From the NCBI GenBank assembly GCA_046313635.1, contig JBKBYA010000003.1:96001-160000 (forward strand): DNA of 64,000 bases, written 5' to 3'. The notes below the pieces were generated by a model. The model did no database searches. It was not told the origin of the DNA and saw only the letters and a list, made by a program, of their open reading frames with translations. Positions 42,691 to 53,138 of this stretch are shown here, in pieces (position 1 is the stretch's first letter; each line of letters begins with the position of its first letter). A program made the position numbers and the translations under genes. Source of the DNA: Pyrinomonadaceae bacterium. GTDB taxonomy: Bacteria > Acidobacteriota > Blastocatellia > Pyrinomonadales > Pyrinomonadaceae.

Positions 42691-44177
42691 CTCGGCAATC
42701 TTACCGTAAATACGGTGCCTTCGCCCTCGGTCGATTTGACGCCGATCGCGCCGTTGTGGACGTCCACGATCTTTTGCACGATCGCGAGGCCGAGGCCGGT
42801 GCCGGTCTCTTTTGTCGAGAAGTACGGTTCGAAGATCTTTGTCAGATTCTCTTCCGGGATTCCGACGCCGGTGTCCGATACTTCGAAGTCGACGAATCTC
42901 CGGTCGCCGTTTGCCGAGATCTTTACATTCAGGTTGCCGCCCGAGCTTTCCATCGCGTGAACGGCGTTGATGAAAAGGTTGTTGAAGAGCGATCGCAGAT
43001 ATTCGGGGTCGCCCGAGATCTCGGGCACGTTCTCGTGCTCGACGAGGTTGATCCTGATGTCGCTTTCGGCGGCCTGTGCTTCGACTATCCGGAGCGAGTT
43101 CTCGACGACTTCGCGGGGATCGAGCGGGCGGAGCTTTACGTTCGCCGGACGCGAGTAGTTGAGAAAGTCGGTGATCTGTTGATTGATGCGCGCGACTTCG
43201 GATTTTAGCTGTCCGGTCAATCTTTCGAATGTCGCCCGTTTTTCCGGCTCTTCCGGGGCGAATTTCGATCGCAGATGATCGAGTGTCAGGTTGATGTAGT
43301 TGAGCGGGTTGCGTATCTCGTGCGCTATGGCCGAGCCTAGCCGGCCGACGACCGCCGACTTTTCAGCCTGCTGCAGCTTAGCCTCAAGCTCGCTCTTTTT
43401 TTCGAGCTCGGCGGTCATCTCGTTAAAGCGGCTTGCGAGCTGGCCCATCTCGTCGGAGCGTTGGCCGCCGGGCACGCGGACGGCGAGATTGCCCTCGGCC
43501 ACTTCGCGTGCGGCGTTGGAGAGATACGAGATCGGCCGCGTGAATCGCCAAACGAGGATCACCGTCACCACCGTCGATATCAAAAGGATCGCAAGCGTAA
43601 AGATCAGCGGCCGGGCCGCACGGCGAGCGGCCGCTGTAGGATCGTTCTTTACCACCACGACGATGTACCAGCGGCCTTTGCTCGTTTCGATCGGGATCGC
43701 GTGAGACTCGTCGGCGGTCTGCGCGTTCGCGGCGGCAGCGGCGTTGGGGAACTGCGCCGCGTCCGGCCCCAGTCGGTCGGCCTCCATCAGCGGCGGGAGG
43801 TCTCTGATGTCCTTTAGGTCTACAAAGACGGCGTTGCCGGCGTCGTCGGTGGTCGGCAGGTACTCGTCGCTCAGGCTGTCGTAGACGCGCCACTGGTTGT
43901 CAACGACGAGGACGTCCTTGATCCGCTGTCGCGCGTTGTCATCGAGAAACGTCTGCCCCGGCTCGGCGATCAGGTCCTGGATGCGCAGCTCCGGCTGCGT
44001 CAGGCTCGTAACGCCGAGGCGAAACCCGGCGACGATAGTTCGCCCTTGTATCTCGCGCAATTCGTCGTTCTCCCGCTGCGTGAGGAGATTGAGATAGTAC
44101 TGGACCGAGAGCGTCGCGACGAGCAGGAATCCAAGGATCAGCAGCAGTCTCGCCCTGAACGTCCTAAAAAAACTCAT
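42675..44177 (-). CDS. HAMP-domain sensor histidine kinase
   Basis: Two TM helices, HAMP, AHEIRNPL, N box, DTGVGI, GTGLGL. Confidence 0.95.
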   Translation of the reverse strand: MSFFRTFRARLLLILGFLLVATLSVQYYLNLLTQRENDELREIQGRTIVAGFRLGVTSLTQPELRIQDLIAEPGQTFLDDNARQRIKDVLVVDNQWRVYDSLSDEYLPTTDDAGNAVFVDLKDIRDLPPLMEADRLGPDAAQFPNAAAAANAQTADESHAIPIETSKGRWYIVVVVKNDPTAAARRAARPLIFTLAILLISTVVTVILVWRFTRPISYLSNAAREVAEGNLAVRVPGGQRSDEMGQLASRFNEMTAELEKKSELEAKLQQAEKSAVVGRLGSAIAHEIRNPLNYINLTLDHLRSKFAPEEPEKRATFERLTGQLKSEVARINQQITDFLNYSRPANVKLRPLDPREVVENSLRIVEAQAAESDIRINLVEHENVPEISGDPEYLRSLFNNLFINAVHAMESSGGNLNVKISANGDRRFVDFEVSDTGVGIPEENLTKIFEPYFSTKETGTGLGLAIVQKIVDVHNGAIGVKSTEGEGTVFTVRLPSSDKK

Positions 44178-44214
44178 AAAATAGTTTTATATAAGCAATC
44201 GCTTAATTTTGTCC

Positions 44215-44244
44215 TTGCCATCGCGAACGGCGGAATGGTATCTT
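44215..44244 (+). promoter_or_regulatory. Putative sigma70 promoter
   Basis: TTGCCA-N18-TATCTT with an extended TG. Confidence 0.45.
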
Positions 44245-44365
44245 CAGTTTCAGCGAATTCGCAACGCTTCACAACCCTTTAGTAAACACAATTCAGACAG
44301 CCGCGGCGCCACCCAGCGTTCTTCCCCGATTTGGGCTCCGCAACCCGAGGTAAAGCATGATTTTT

Positions 44366-46126
44366 ATGTGTCCTACGAGTCGTCTTTTCAAGGTGTGTGC
44401 TTCACTGGCACTCGTGTTTTTTGCGGTTTCGGCCAACGCCTCGGCCCAATCCAAAAAGTCCTCACGCGCGGCCGCCGCGGGCAAGACCGCGAAATCCTCA
44501 AGCGACGTCAAAAAGGACCGCAAAAAGGCGGACGCCGCGGCGCCCAGTTCAAAAAGCTCTAAGAAGGATTCGGCGAAGTCAAAGAACGACCGCCGCGAGT
44601 CGGTGAAAAAGGAGCGAGCCTCGGCCAAAGACCGGAAGGACGCTAAAAAAGACGATAAGAAAGACAAGCGTGACCGTGCGGGCCGAGAGGCCAAGAGCAG
44701 CCGCGAGACCGCGTCGGCAAAGGACATCAAGAAGATGTCCAAGGCCGAGCGCCGAAAGTACGAGGCCGAACGCCGCCGGGCCGAAGAAGAGCGTCGTCAG
44801 GCCATCCTCGCCGAGAAGCGCCGCCGCGAAGAGGCCGCACGCATCGCACGCGAACGGGCGATCGCCTTTCAGCGCGGTCTTCGCACCGAGACCGAGAACA
44901 ATATTGCAAAGGACAACACCGAGGGCGAGGACCTTCGCGTTCGCGCGGCGGCGATCAACGCGCTCGGGAACAAGGCAGGCACAGTCGTCGTGATGGAGGC
45001 GCAGACCGGCAAGGTGCTCACCATCGTCAATCAGGACTGGGCGATCCGCACCGCGTACCGGCCGTGCTCGACGATCAAGCTTGTGACCGGCGTCGCCGGA
45101 CTTACCGAGGGCGTGATCGATCAGGAAGGTCAGATCAACGATTCGAATTTTGGGATGAGTCTCGACACGGCTCTTGCACGCTCGAACAATGTCTACTTTC
45201 AGCGTGTGGGCTCGCGTCTTGGCCGCAGCCGCATGGTCGAGTACGCCAAGAAGCTCGGCCTCGGCGAACGGACCGGCATCAACCTCGACGGCGAGACGTC
45301 GGGCCGCGTGCCGGAAGAGAACAGCGACCTCAAGATCTACTCGCACGGCGACAGCTTTGAGATCTCGCCGCTTCAGCTCGCGGTGATGGCCTCGGCGATC
45401 GCCAACGGCGGCAAGCGAGTCGTGCCCCAGGTGCCGGTCACCGCCGCGGCCAGCAAGGTCGGGTTCCGGCCGTTAGTCAAAAAGACGGTCGACGTGCCCG
45501 ACCGCGACGTCGAGGGCGTTATTCCCGGCATGATCGGCGCCGCCGAGTGGGGAACCGCTCACCGCGGCGTGGACGCGAGCCTCGGCATAGCTGGCAAGAC
45601 CGGTTCGTGCATCACCAAAGGTACCTGGATCGGACTCTTTACGTCGGTCGCCCCGATCGAGAATCCGAAATACGCCGTCGTCGTTGTGACCCGCGGGCAG
45701 AGCGAACGCGGCAAATATGCAGCGGCGGTCGCCGGCCGCGTCTATCAGGCACTCGCGCCTCAGATCAGGCCGAGCCGCAACCTTGCGCTGGCCGAGGCGC
45801 GTTTTAAGACCAGATCGCGCGTTCCCGACAACGTCGCCAGATCAGTTGCCGACGAGGACGAGGTCGACGACGACGCGGCGGCCGCCAATGAGGCGGCTTC
45901 CGGTGATGTCGATCCGAATGCGGCGGCAGCTCCACTGACCGTCGCTCCAAAGCTCCAGCAGAAAGCGGTCGAGCCCGTCCGCAAGCCGCTCGTCACCAAG
46001 ACGGCGCAGTCGCAGCCAAAGTTTCCGCCGGTCGTCATAACGTACAAAAAGGACGGCTCGACCAATACTAAAAGAGCGGATCAGCCCAGCGGCAGCCAGC
46101 GGCCTCGCGTGATAAAGAACAAGTAG
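44366..46126 (+). CDS. Penicillin-binding transpeptidase-domain protein
   Basis: STIK (SxxK), SNN (SxN), KTG; Lys-rich low-complexity N-region. Confidence 0.88.
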   Translation: MCPTSRLFKVCASLALVFFAVSANASAQSKKSSRAAAAGKTAKSSSDVKKDRKKADAAAPSSKSSKKDSAKSKNDRRESVKKERASAKDRKDAKKDDKKDKRDRAGREAKSSRETASAKDIKKMSKAERRKYEAERRRAEEERRQAILAEKRRREEAARIARERAIAFQRGLRTETENNIAKDNTEGEDLRVRAAAINALGNKAGTVVVMEAQTGKVLTIVNQDWAIRTAYRPCSTIKLVTGVAGLTEGVIDQEGQINDSNFGMSLDTALARSNNVYFQRVGSRLGRSRMVEYAKKLGLGERTGINLDGETSGRVPEENSDLKIYSHGDSFEISPLQLAVMASAIANGGKRVVPQVPVTAAASKVGFRPLVKKTVDVPDRDVEGVIPGMIGAAEWGTAHRGVDASLGIAGKTGSCITKGTWIGLFTSVAPIENPKYAVVVVTRGQSERGKYAAAVAGRVYQALAPQIRPSRNLALAEARFKTRSRVPDNVARSVADEDEVDDDAAAANEAASGDVDPNAAAAPLTVAPKLQQKAVEPVRKPLVTKTAQSQPKFPPVVITYKKDGSTNTKRADQPSGSQRPRVIKNK

Positions 46127-46150
46127 CCAAAGATCAGTTTCTCCGCTAAC

Positions 46151-46193
46151 GCACCGGAGCGACCTGCGGGTCATGCTGCCGGTGCCTTTTTTT
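46151..46193 (+). terminator. Rho-independent terminator
   Basis: GCACCGG…CCGGTGC-CTTTTTTT. Confidence 0.75.
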
Positions 46194-46437
46194 GGTTTGT
46201 CCTTTGTTTCACACGCTTGACACCGTCGCGGGCTCTACGTGATTATTTACCTTTCTGTTCAGCGGGTCCCACAGGCAATTCAAGCGCAGACATCTCTGGC
46301 TGTACTGGGTCCAAACCAAGTACAACTTTTGGTTTTGCGAGGACATCTGAGTTCACGCAAAACCGGAGCGGTTCACGCGGTTATGCAGGTTGATTTTTAG
46401 GGAAGGAACAGACGCGTTTTTGGAGGAAGCGATTGTG

Positions 46438-47832
46438 ATGAAGACGATTTTTAGATTTTTGAGTTTACCGGTTCTTGCGCTGGCGTTCGTCGCCGCCGGA
46501 ACCACCGCCGGTTTTGCACAGGACAATCCGTGTGCGGACGACAAGGGCCAGGCCGAACTTTACAACCAATTCCTGGCGTTCCAGAAAGGCAGCGAGCAAG
46601 AGTACCAAAAGGCCAAAGACGCGCAGGGCCGGATCGACTACAAAAAGCTCGACCTCAGCCCGCTCAAGTCGATGATCGAGTCGGGCGAGCAGTTTGTAGC
46701 AAAGTACAAGACCTGCACGCCGGCGCTCGATCCGCAGCTTAATTATTTTAACCAGAGCCTCGACGCATGGAAGAAGTCTTATCAGCGAGACTCCGAGCGC
46801 AAGGTCGCCGCTCAGCTGACCGAGCGTTTTGACAACGCGATCAAGGCGAAGAATTGGGATGAGGTCTATGCTGCAGGCAACGAATATGCGGCCAAGTTCC
46901 AAAACGATCCGGGCCTCATCAACAAGCTTATCCCGCTAGCCTTCATCGGTCGTGACGAGTCGTCATCCGCGGCGAAGAACTACAAGTACAACGCCGACGC
47001 GATCAAGTACTCCAAGCTCGCGATCAGCCAGCTGCAGGCCGGCGTCAAGCCCAAGCAGGACGGTACGTACGGCGCATTTCAGTTCGCATGCGCGTCAAAG
47101 GAGGACTGCCTCAATCAGCTTAATTTCGGGATCGGTTTTATGACCTATTTCGGACAGGGCAATAAGCAGGCGGCGCTGCCTTACTTCTACGAAGTCGTCA
47201 AGTCCTCAAATCCGGCGCGCAAGATCGCTGCCTATGATGTGATCGGCGGCTACTACCTCGAGACGATCGGTGCACAGGGGCAGGAGATCGCCAAGCTGAT
47301 CGAGTCTGCAAAGGGCATTACCGATCCGGAGCAGGCAAAGGCCAAAGACGCCGAGATCAAGGCGAAGATCGCCCTTTATAACGGCTATGTCGAGAGGGCA
47401 ATGGACGCTTTTGCTCGGGCGTGGAAGATGTCGGATGACAAAGACGCTGCGGCCAAGGCTTATAAAGATAACGTCTACAAAACGCTTCAGGAACTCTACA
47501 AGCGTCGCTTTGACAAGGACGCGGGCATCAACGAGTACCTGACAGCCGTTGTCGCTAAGCCGTTCACCGATCCGACGACCCCGGTCGAGCCGGTCTCCGA
47601 TCCGGAGCCGACAAAGGATGCGGCAAATTCGACAGGAGCGACCACGCCTGCGACGGCTCCTGCGACGGCTCCTGCGACGGCGACGCCGGCTGCGGCAAAG
47701 CCAGCTGTTAACCCGACCAAGCCGTCGTCGACCGTCAAGTCGACACCGGCGGGAAAGTCGGCTAAGGCCGGAGCCGCTTCGGCAAAGACGTCGGTCGCCG
47801 CCAAGGGCACCCGCCGCGCGGGAGCTAACTAG
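46438..47832 (+). CDS. Secreted helical (TPR-like) hypothetical protein
   Basis: GGAGG RBS; signal peptide ending GFA-Q; Ala/Pro/Thr-rich tail. Confidence 0.8.
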   Translation: MKTIFRFLSLPVLALAFVAAGTTAGFAQDNPCADDKGQAELYNQFLAFQKGSEQEYQKAKDAQGRIDYKKLDLSPLKSMIESGEQFVAKYKTCTPALDPQLNYFNQSLDAWKKSYQRDSERKVAAQLTERFDNAIKAKNWDEVYAAGNEYAAKFQNDPGLINKLIPLAFIGRDESSSAAKNYKYNADAIKYSKLAISQLQAGVKPKQDGTYGAFQFACASKEDCLNQLNFGIGFMTYFGQGNKQAALPYFYEVVKSSNPARKIAAYDVIGGYYLETIGAQGQEIAKLIESAKGITDPEQAKAKDAEIKAKIALYNGYVERAMDAFARAWKMSDDKDAAAKAYKDNVYKTLQELYKRRFDKDAGINEYLTAVVAKPFTDPTTPVEPVSDPEPTKDAANSTGATTPATAPATAPATATPAAAKPAVNPTKPSSTVKSTPAGKSAKAGAASAKTSVAAKGTRRAGAN

Positions 47833-47940
47833 GCGAGAGCTTTTCAAAAATCTAAAGATCGGATCCAAAGATGAGCCGGGTCACGCTGCGAGCGGGGGCC
47901 GGCTTTCTTTTTGGTTTCGTTATTCTTACAATTGGTCGAA

Positions 47941-48696
47941 ATGTCGGCGAATCTGGGAAGTCTAGAACGAGATCTAGGATACAAGTTCAACGATGTCAAG
48001 CTGCTCGAGAGGGCATTGACGCACCGTTCGTGGGCGCACGAGAACCACTTGGCCGCGGGTGAGGAAAGCGTGCGGCAGGCCCACAACGAGTCGTTCGAGT
48101 TCGTCGGCGATTCGGTACTTGGGCTTGTCATCGCCGAGGAGCTGTTCATCAAAAATCCGACGCTGGCCGAGGGCGATCTGACGCTGATGAAGCATCGCCT
48201 GGTCAGTACGGCGACGCTGGCCAAGGTCGCCGCCGAGCTCGATCTCGGCAAGCACCTCCGCGTCGGTTACGGCGAAGAAAAGACCGGCGGCCGCAAAAAG
48301 CGTGCGCTGCTGGCAAACACGCTCGAGGCCGTGATCGGCGCGGTCTTTTTCGATGGCGGCTACGTCAAGGCGCGGCACTTTATCAAGTCGATCTTTCGCG
48401 ACGAGCTCAAGGCGGCGAAGCCCGAGACCTCGGTCGACTACAAGACCCTGCTGCAAGAAAAGCTGCAGGCCCGAAAGTCGCCGGCGCCCGAATACAACGT
48501 CATCAAGACCGAAGGCAAGCCGCACAATCGCACATTCTCGGTCGAGGCCGTCTGGGAGACGGGCCGCTCCGAGGGAACGGGCCGCTCGATCAAGGCGGCA
48601 GAAATGATGGCCGCCTGCGAAGCGTTAAAGATCCTCGAAAGCAGCGGCTGGGAACACGACCATCACGAGACTCTTTCCTCTAACGGCAACCAATGA
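47941..48696 (+). CDS. rnc: Ribonuclease III
   Basis: ALTHRS, NESFEFVGD, EAVIGAVF, DYKTLLQE dsRBD. Confidence 0.93.
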   Translation: MSANLGSLERDLGYKFNDVKLLERALTHRSWAHENHLAAGEESVRQAHNESFEFVGDSVLGLVIAEELFIKNPTLAEGDLTLMKHRLVSTATLAKVAAELDLGKHLRVGYGEEKTGGRKKRALLANTLEAVIGAVFFDGGYVKARHFIKSIFRDELKAAKPETSVDYKTLLQEKLQARKSPAPEYNVIKTEGKPHNRTFSVEAVWETGRSEGTGRSIKAAEMMAACEALKILESSGWEHDHHETLSSNGNQ

Positions 48697-49538
48697 GCAA
48701 AGCAGAAGCAGAGGCATCAACCGAGAGACAAAAGAAGCCGACGGCCCCGCCAAAATCGACGGCGCGCGAGTACTTCGAATCGTTTGTCGTGACGCTCATC
48801 ATGGCGATCTTCGGCATGACCTTCATCGGGCAGGCGGTCACCGTTCCGACCGGCTCGATGCAGAATACGATCCTTGTCGGCGACTATCTGCTGGTCAACA
48901 AATTCATCTTTACGCCGGGCGGCAACGAAATGCCGTTCCTGCCGCAGCGAGAGATACAGCGCGGCGACATAATCGTCTTCAAGTATCCGGGCAACCGCGC
49001 ACGGCCCGAGATGGACCGGCGTCGCCGGCCGCCTCTCGTGCCGTACCAGATCAATTACGTCAAGCGCGTGATCGGCCTGCCGGGCGAGACGGTCGAGTTT
49101 CGCGACAATCACGTCTATATCAACGGTCAGCTGCTGCCGGAGCATCGCGTTATCGGCGACAACTTTGATCCGCAGGCGGCGCTCGAGACGCGCGAGTTCG
49201 AGCCGCGCGAGCCCGACCAGAAGTGGGACGTCTATTACAACTCGGACTCGTTGGACGAGATCAAGACGACCGGGCACCTGTCACGTGCGCGTGTCGCTCA
49301 GTACGAGTTTGCCGTGCCGAATAAGCCGATGGTCGTGCCGCCGGATCAATTCTTTGTAATGGGCGACGCGCGCGACGACAGCGAGGACAGCCGTTTTTGG
49401 GGATTTGTTCCGCGAGAGCTGATCATCGGCCGGGCGATGTTTGTCTACTGGTCGTGCGACCGCGCCGCGTCAAACGGCAGCTTCTTTGGCTGTCTCTCGC
49501 ATCCGCGACTGAGCCGCATCGGCAAGTTCGTAAAATAG
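48693..49538 (+). CDS. lepB: Signal peptidase I
   Basis: PTGSM, YVKRVIGLPG, GD.RD.SEDSRFWG. Confidence 0.93.
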   Translation: MSKAEAEASTERQKKPTAPPKSTAREYFESFVVTLIMAIFGMTFIGQAVTVPTGSMQNTILVGDYLLVNKFIFTPGGNEMPFLPQREIQRGDIIVFKYPGNRARPEMDRRRRPPLVPYQINYVKRVIGLPGETVEFRDNHVYINGQLLPEHRVIGDNFDPQAALETREFEPREPDQKWDVYYNSDSLDEIKTTGHLSRARVAQYEFAVPNKPMVVPPDQFFVMGDARDDSEDSRFWGFVPRELIIGRAMFVYWSCDRAASNGSFFGCLSHPRLSRIGKFVK

Positions 49539-49638
49539 GGCTGCGCTCGCAGCGATCGGCTGTGGAGTTGTCCGTATTGCCGCTGACTTCAGGCGGCGGC
49601 GAGTTCACACATAACCGTTCGCTGAAGCGAACGGCATT

Positions 49639-50547
49639 ATGAAGATAAAGTTCTCAGACGAGGTCTCCGCGGCACTTGCACAAAATCGGCCCGTCGTCGC
49701 ACTCGAATCGACCGTCATCGCTCACGGCCTGCCGTACCCGCGCAGCGTCGAGACGGCGCATGCGATGGAGTCGATCGTCCGCTCGGCCGGCGCCGTGCCG
49801 GCGACGATCGCGATCTTTAACGGTGAGTTCTGTGTAGGGCTGGACGCAGATAAGATCGAGCGACTCGCCACCGACGAGACTATCCGCAAGATCTCTCGGC
49901 GCGACCTGCCGATCGCGTCCGCGCGGCGGCTCGACTGCGCGACGACCGTCGCGACGACCGCATTCATCGCGCATCGCGCCGGGATAAGCGTCTTTGCGAC
50001 GGGCGGTATCGGCGGCGTTCATCGCGGATACTCGCACGACGTCTCGGCCGACCTCGTCGAACTGGCGCGGACGCCGATCGCGGTAGTTTGTTCGGGAGCG
50101 AAGATCGTCCTCGATCTTGAAGCGACGCGCGAGTGGCTGGAGACGTTTGGCGTGACGGTGCTGGGATGGCGGTGCGACGAGATGCCGGCCTTTTATTCCA
50201 GATCGAGCGGGCTTGCGATCGACCAGCGTGTCGAGTCGGCGGTCGAGGTCGCGGCCGTCTGCGATGCACGCGACGCGGCAGAGCTGACCAACGCGATCGT
50301 CATTACCGTTCCCGTGCCGGAGGAGAACGAGATCGAGCGTGCCGAGATCGAGCAGATCCTTGCCGCTGCGCTCGCCGCGGCCGAAAAAGAACGCATCGCG
50401 GGCAAGGCCGTCACGCCCTTCTTGCTCTCGGAGCTCTCGCGTCTCAGCTCGGGCCGCACGCTCGAGTCTAACGTCGCGCTTCTCAAAAACAACGCGAGTG
50501 TCGCCGCCGAGATCGCGGCCGCGATCACGGCCGGGCGTTGCGATTAA
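49639..50547 (+). CDS. psuG: Pseudouridine-5'-phosphate glycosidase
   Basis: VALESTVIAHG, ATGGIGGVHRG, DVSADL. Confidence 0.92.
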   Translation: MKIKFSDEVSAALAQNRPVVALESTVIAHGLPYPRSVETAHAMESIVRSAGAVPATIAIFNGEFCVGLDADKIERLATDETIRKISRRDLPIASARRLDCATTVATTAFIAHRAGISVFATGGIGGVHRGYSHDVSADLVELARTPIAVVCSGAKIVLDLEATREWLETFGVTVLGWRCDEMPAFYSRSSGLAIDQRVESAVEVAAVCDARDAAELTNAIVITVPVPEENEIERAEIEQILAAALAAAEKERIAGKAVTPFLLSELSRLSSGRTLESNVALLKNNASVAAEIAAAITAGRCD

Positions 50548-51332
50548 CGGCCCGCGACGGCGGCCGACATCTTCTGCTTGAGCGAGTCGAGCCGGCGTCG
50601 AGCCTCGGGAGCCTCGCTCGACTCGGGAAAGCGTCTGACGATCTCGCTCCAGCTCGCCCCGTCATAGTGAAACGTACGCTTCGCCGGATCGAACAAAAAG
50701 ATCACGCCCAATCTGCGATAGCGGTCGAGACTCACAAAATTCAAATAATAACTGTGCTGAGGTGCACCGCCCGCGGCCATCACGCGTCGATCGAGGCGGC
50801 TGTTTGCGTCCCTTGATAGCTTGGCCGCGATCTGCTCGAGCAGATCGCCGTACAGCAAAAGCATCGGGGAGCGAAATCGCGAATTAGGGTAAAGCTCAAA
50901 AAACGCCTGCACGAGCTCGATCTGGTCAAACCCGTCCTCGGCCTGTGCGAGCCGCGCGAGACGCTCCTCGTCGCCCGCACGAAACTTGCCAAAGACCGCG
51001 TCCGCCTGCACCCATCCGCCGGCCGACGGCGGTGCCGAGACTTTGTAGAATCTCACACCGTCGGCCTCGGCCGCGGCGAGGATCTGCACGCGGCGGCCGC
51101 GGCTCATCCGCTGGACGGGCGTTGCAAACAGGCTCGGCCGCGTGCGCAGTACCGACAGCCATTCGTCGATCACGACGGCGGTCGAGCCGATCTCGCGTGC
51201 CGTCTGTTGAATTGCCGTTCGACCGCCGGGACGGGGCCCGGCCTGGCGGGTTTGGGCCGGCGATGCCGTCGAGCAACAGGCGATCAGAAGGGCAGCGGCA
51301 AACAATGGGGTCGTCAGACGCTTTATGTTCAT
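50544..51332 (-). CDS. Secreted SH3-like domain hypothetical protein
   Basis: Signal peptide; LRTRPS…FYKV…GWVQ. Confidence 0.65.
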   Translation of the reverse strand: MNIKRLTTPLFAAALLIACCSTASPAQTRQAGPRPGGRTAIQQTAREIGSTAVVIDEWLSVLRTRPSLFATPVQRMSRGRRVQILAAAEADGVRFYKVSAPPSAGGWVQADAVFGKFRAGDEERLARLAQAEDGFDQIELVQAFFELYPNSRFRSPMLLLYGDLLEQIAAKLSRDANSRLDRRVMAAGGAPQHSYYLNFVSLDRYRRLGVIFLFDPAKRTFHYDGASWSEIVRRFPESSEAPEARRRLDSLKQKMSAAVAGR

Positions 51333-51353
51333 TATTTTGGGGGCGGACCAGAT

Positions 51354-51875
51354 CTACCGCCTGCGGCCGGGGGACCGTCCTTTGGCACTCTCGATCCTGC
51401 TTTTCATCCCGGCGTGATGAAAGTGGCAGATAGCGATCGCGAGAGCGTCAGAAGCGTCGTGCGGCTGTGGGATCGCCTTGAGACGGAGCAGTATGCGGAC
51501 CATCTCCTGCACCTGAGTCTTTTCGGCGTTGCCGTAACCGACGACGGTTTGCTTGATCAAACGCGGGCTGTACTCGGCGATCTCGATGCCTCTCTGCTCG
51601 GCCAGCAGCAGCATCGTACCGCGCACCTGACCGAGCTTAAGAGCGACGCCGACGTTGACCGCGTAAAAGGTATCTTCGACCGCCAGAACGTCCGGCGAAT
51701 AGCGGTCGACGATCTCGTCGACACCTTTGTAAACATTGAGCAGCCGCTTTGAGAACTGCTGCCCCGGACTCGATCTGACGGTGCCAAAGTCGATAAGCGT
51801 GTATTTGAGTCCGCTCCCTTCGACAACGCCCCAACCGAGCGTCTCGCTCCCGGGATCGATACCTAAAACGCGCAT
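51354..51875 (-). CDS. ruvC: Holliday junction resolvase RuvC
   Basis: LGIDPG, GQVRG, GYGNAEK, DASDALAIA. Confidence 0.95.
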   Translation of the reverse strand: MRVLGIDPGSETLGWGVVEGSGLKYTLIDFGTVRSSPGQQFSKRLLNVYKGVDEIVDRYSPDVLAVEDTFYAVNVGVALKLGQVRGTMLLLAEQRGIEIAEYSPRLIKQTVVGYGNAEKTQVQEMVRILLRLKAIPQPHDASDALAIAICHFHHAGMKSRIESAKGRSPGRRR

Positions 51876-52007
51876 TCGGTTATATTCGGATGACGACTGA
51901 AATTTGCCCCAAAGCTTACAAAACCGCCTGCGGCAAAGCAAGCGTTTTCTAAATCACCTGACGTTTTGCAATAATATCGCCGTGTCGTCAGCAGCAGTCG
52001 AACCCCA

Positions 52008-52928
52008 ATGAACGATACCGCAATATCAGTCACGCCTCTGCGAGCCTCGGCGCGCACGCTGCTCAACGGTGCGATCGACTACGCCGGGCTCTTTCCGCCG
52101 TCGCAGCTGTCGATGGCGGACGCGGTGACGAATTACGCACTCAACCGAGCGAGCGTCCACAGCTGGATGCTCGGACGATTTGTCGTGCCGGCCGCGAGGC
52201 TCGCCGAATTTCGCGAGCATGCCGAACCCTACGTCGCGAATCCCGGCCGCTCGCCCTGGCACCTGAGCGTGCTCGCCGGCGAGGACGTTTACGAGTCGAT
52301 CAAGACGATCGTTGATTTTAATCGGGACAACGCCGGGCAAGTGATCGCCGACTCTTTTGAGGTCAGGGCGAGCACGCCTTCAAAGATCGAGAATACGGTC
52401 GACGCGCTGCCTGATTGGCTTATCGCGTATTTCGAGCTGCCGATCGACGCGCCGCACTTCGCCGAGCTGATCTCGACCGTGGCAGTCAACAAGCAGCGTG
52501 CAAAGATCAGAACGGGCGGCGTGACGGCCGACGCATTCCCGCGGTCGCGCGACGTGATCCGCTTTGTCCGCACATGCACGGCGGCAAACGTGCCATTCAA
52601 GGCGACGGCCGGTCTGCATCATCCGATCCGGTGCTTCAAGCCGCTCACGTACGAGCCCGACGCTCCGCAGGGCACGATGCACGGCTTCCTGAATTTGTTT
52701 CTGATGACGGCCTTTGCCCGGCAAAGCTTTCCGCCCGGGCTGCTCGAGGAGCTGATGGAAGAGGAGTTTGAGGAGGCCTTCAGTTTTTCGGATACGCACG
52801 TCGCCTGGCGCGATCACGAGCTCGCTCTCTGGCAGCTCGAACGCACCCGCCGCTTCGGCATCCAGTCCTTCGGCTCGTGCTCGTTCGAAGAGCCGGTCGA
52901 GGATCTAAAAGCACTCGGGCTGCTGTAG
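52008..52928 (+). CDS. Conserved hypothetical protein (DYAGLFPP / KIRTGG / FKATAGLHH family)
   Basis: Motifs as named; C-terminal SFGSCSFEEP. Confidence 0.8.
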   Translation: MNDTAISVTPLRASARTLLNGAIDYAGLFPPSQLSMADAVTNYALNRASVHSWMLGRFVVPAARLAEFREHAEPYVANPGRSPWHLSVLAGEDVYESIKTIVDFNRDNAGQVIADSFEVRASTPSKIENTVDALPDWLIAYFELPIDAPHFAELISTVAVNKQRAKIRTGGVTADAFPRSRDVIRFVRTCTAANVPFKATAGLHHPIRCFKPLTYEPDAPQGTMHGFLNLFLMTAFARQSFPPGLLEELMEEEFEEAFSFSDTHVAWRDHELALWQLERTRRFGIQSFGSCSFEEPVEDLKALGLL

Positions 52929-52930
52929 GC

Positions 52931-53138
52931 CAAGGGCGGAAACCCGACCGGTAAGGAGGATGTTCTTCCCGAAGGTGGAAACCTGACCGCTCGAGAGAAG
53001 TGGGAATCAACGCGATGCCCAACCTGGATAGGACAAAGGCGGAAACCCGACCGGTAGGGAGGGTGTTCTTCCCGAAGGTGGAAACCTGACCGCTCGAGAG
53101 GAGGTCGGAATTAACGCAATGCCCAATCTTGATTGGGA
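52931..53138 (+). repeat. Tandem ~103-bp duplication containing REPs and the first RAYT codons
   Basis: Two copies of gcggaaacccgaccggtarggaggrtgttcttcccgaaggtggaaacctgaccgctcgagag…atgcccaa. Confidence 0.9.

Noticed and set aside
47640..47680. CCTGCGACGGCT tandem repeat
   Set aside because: Encodes an ordinary PATA linker in a disordered tail.
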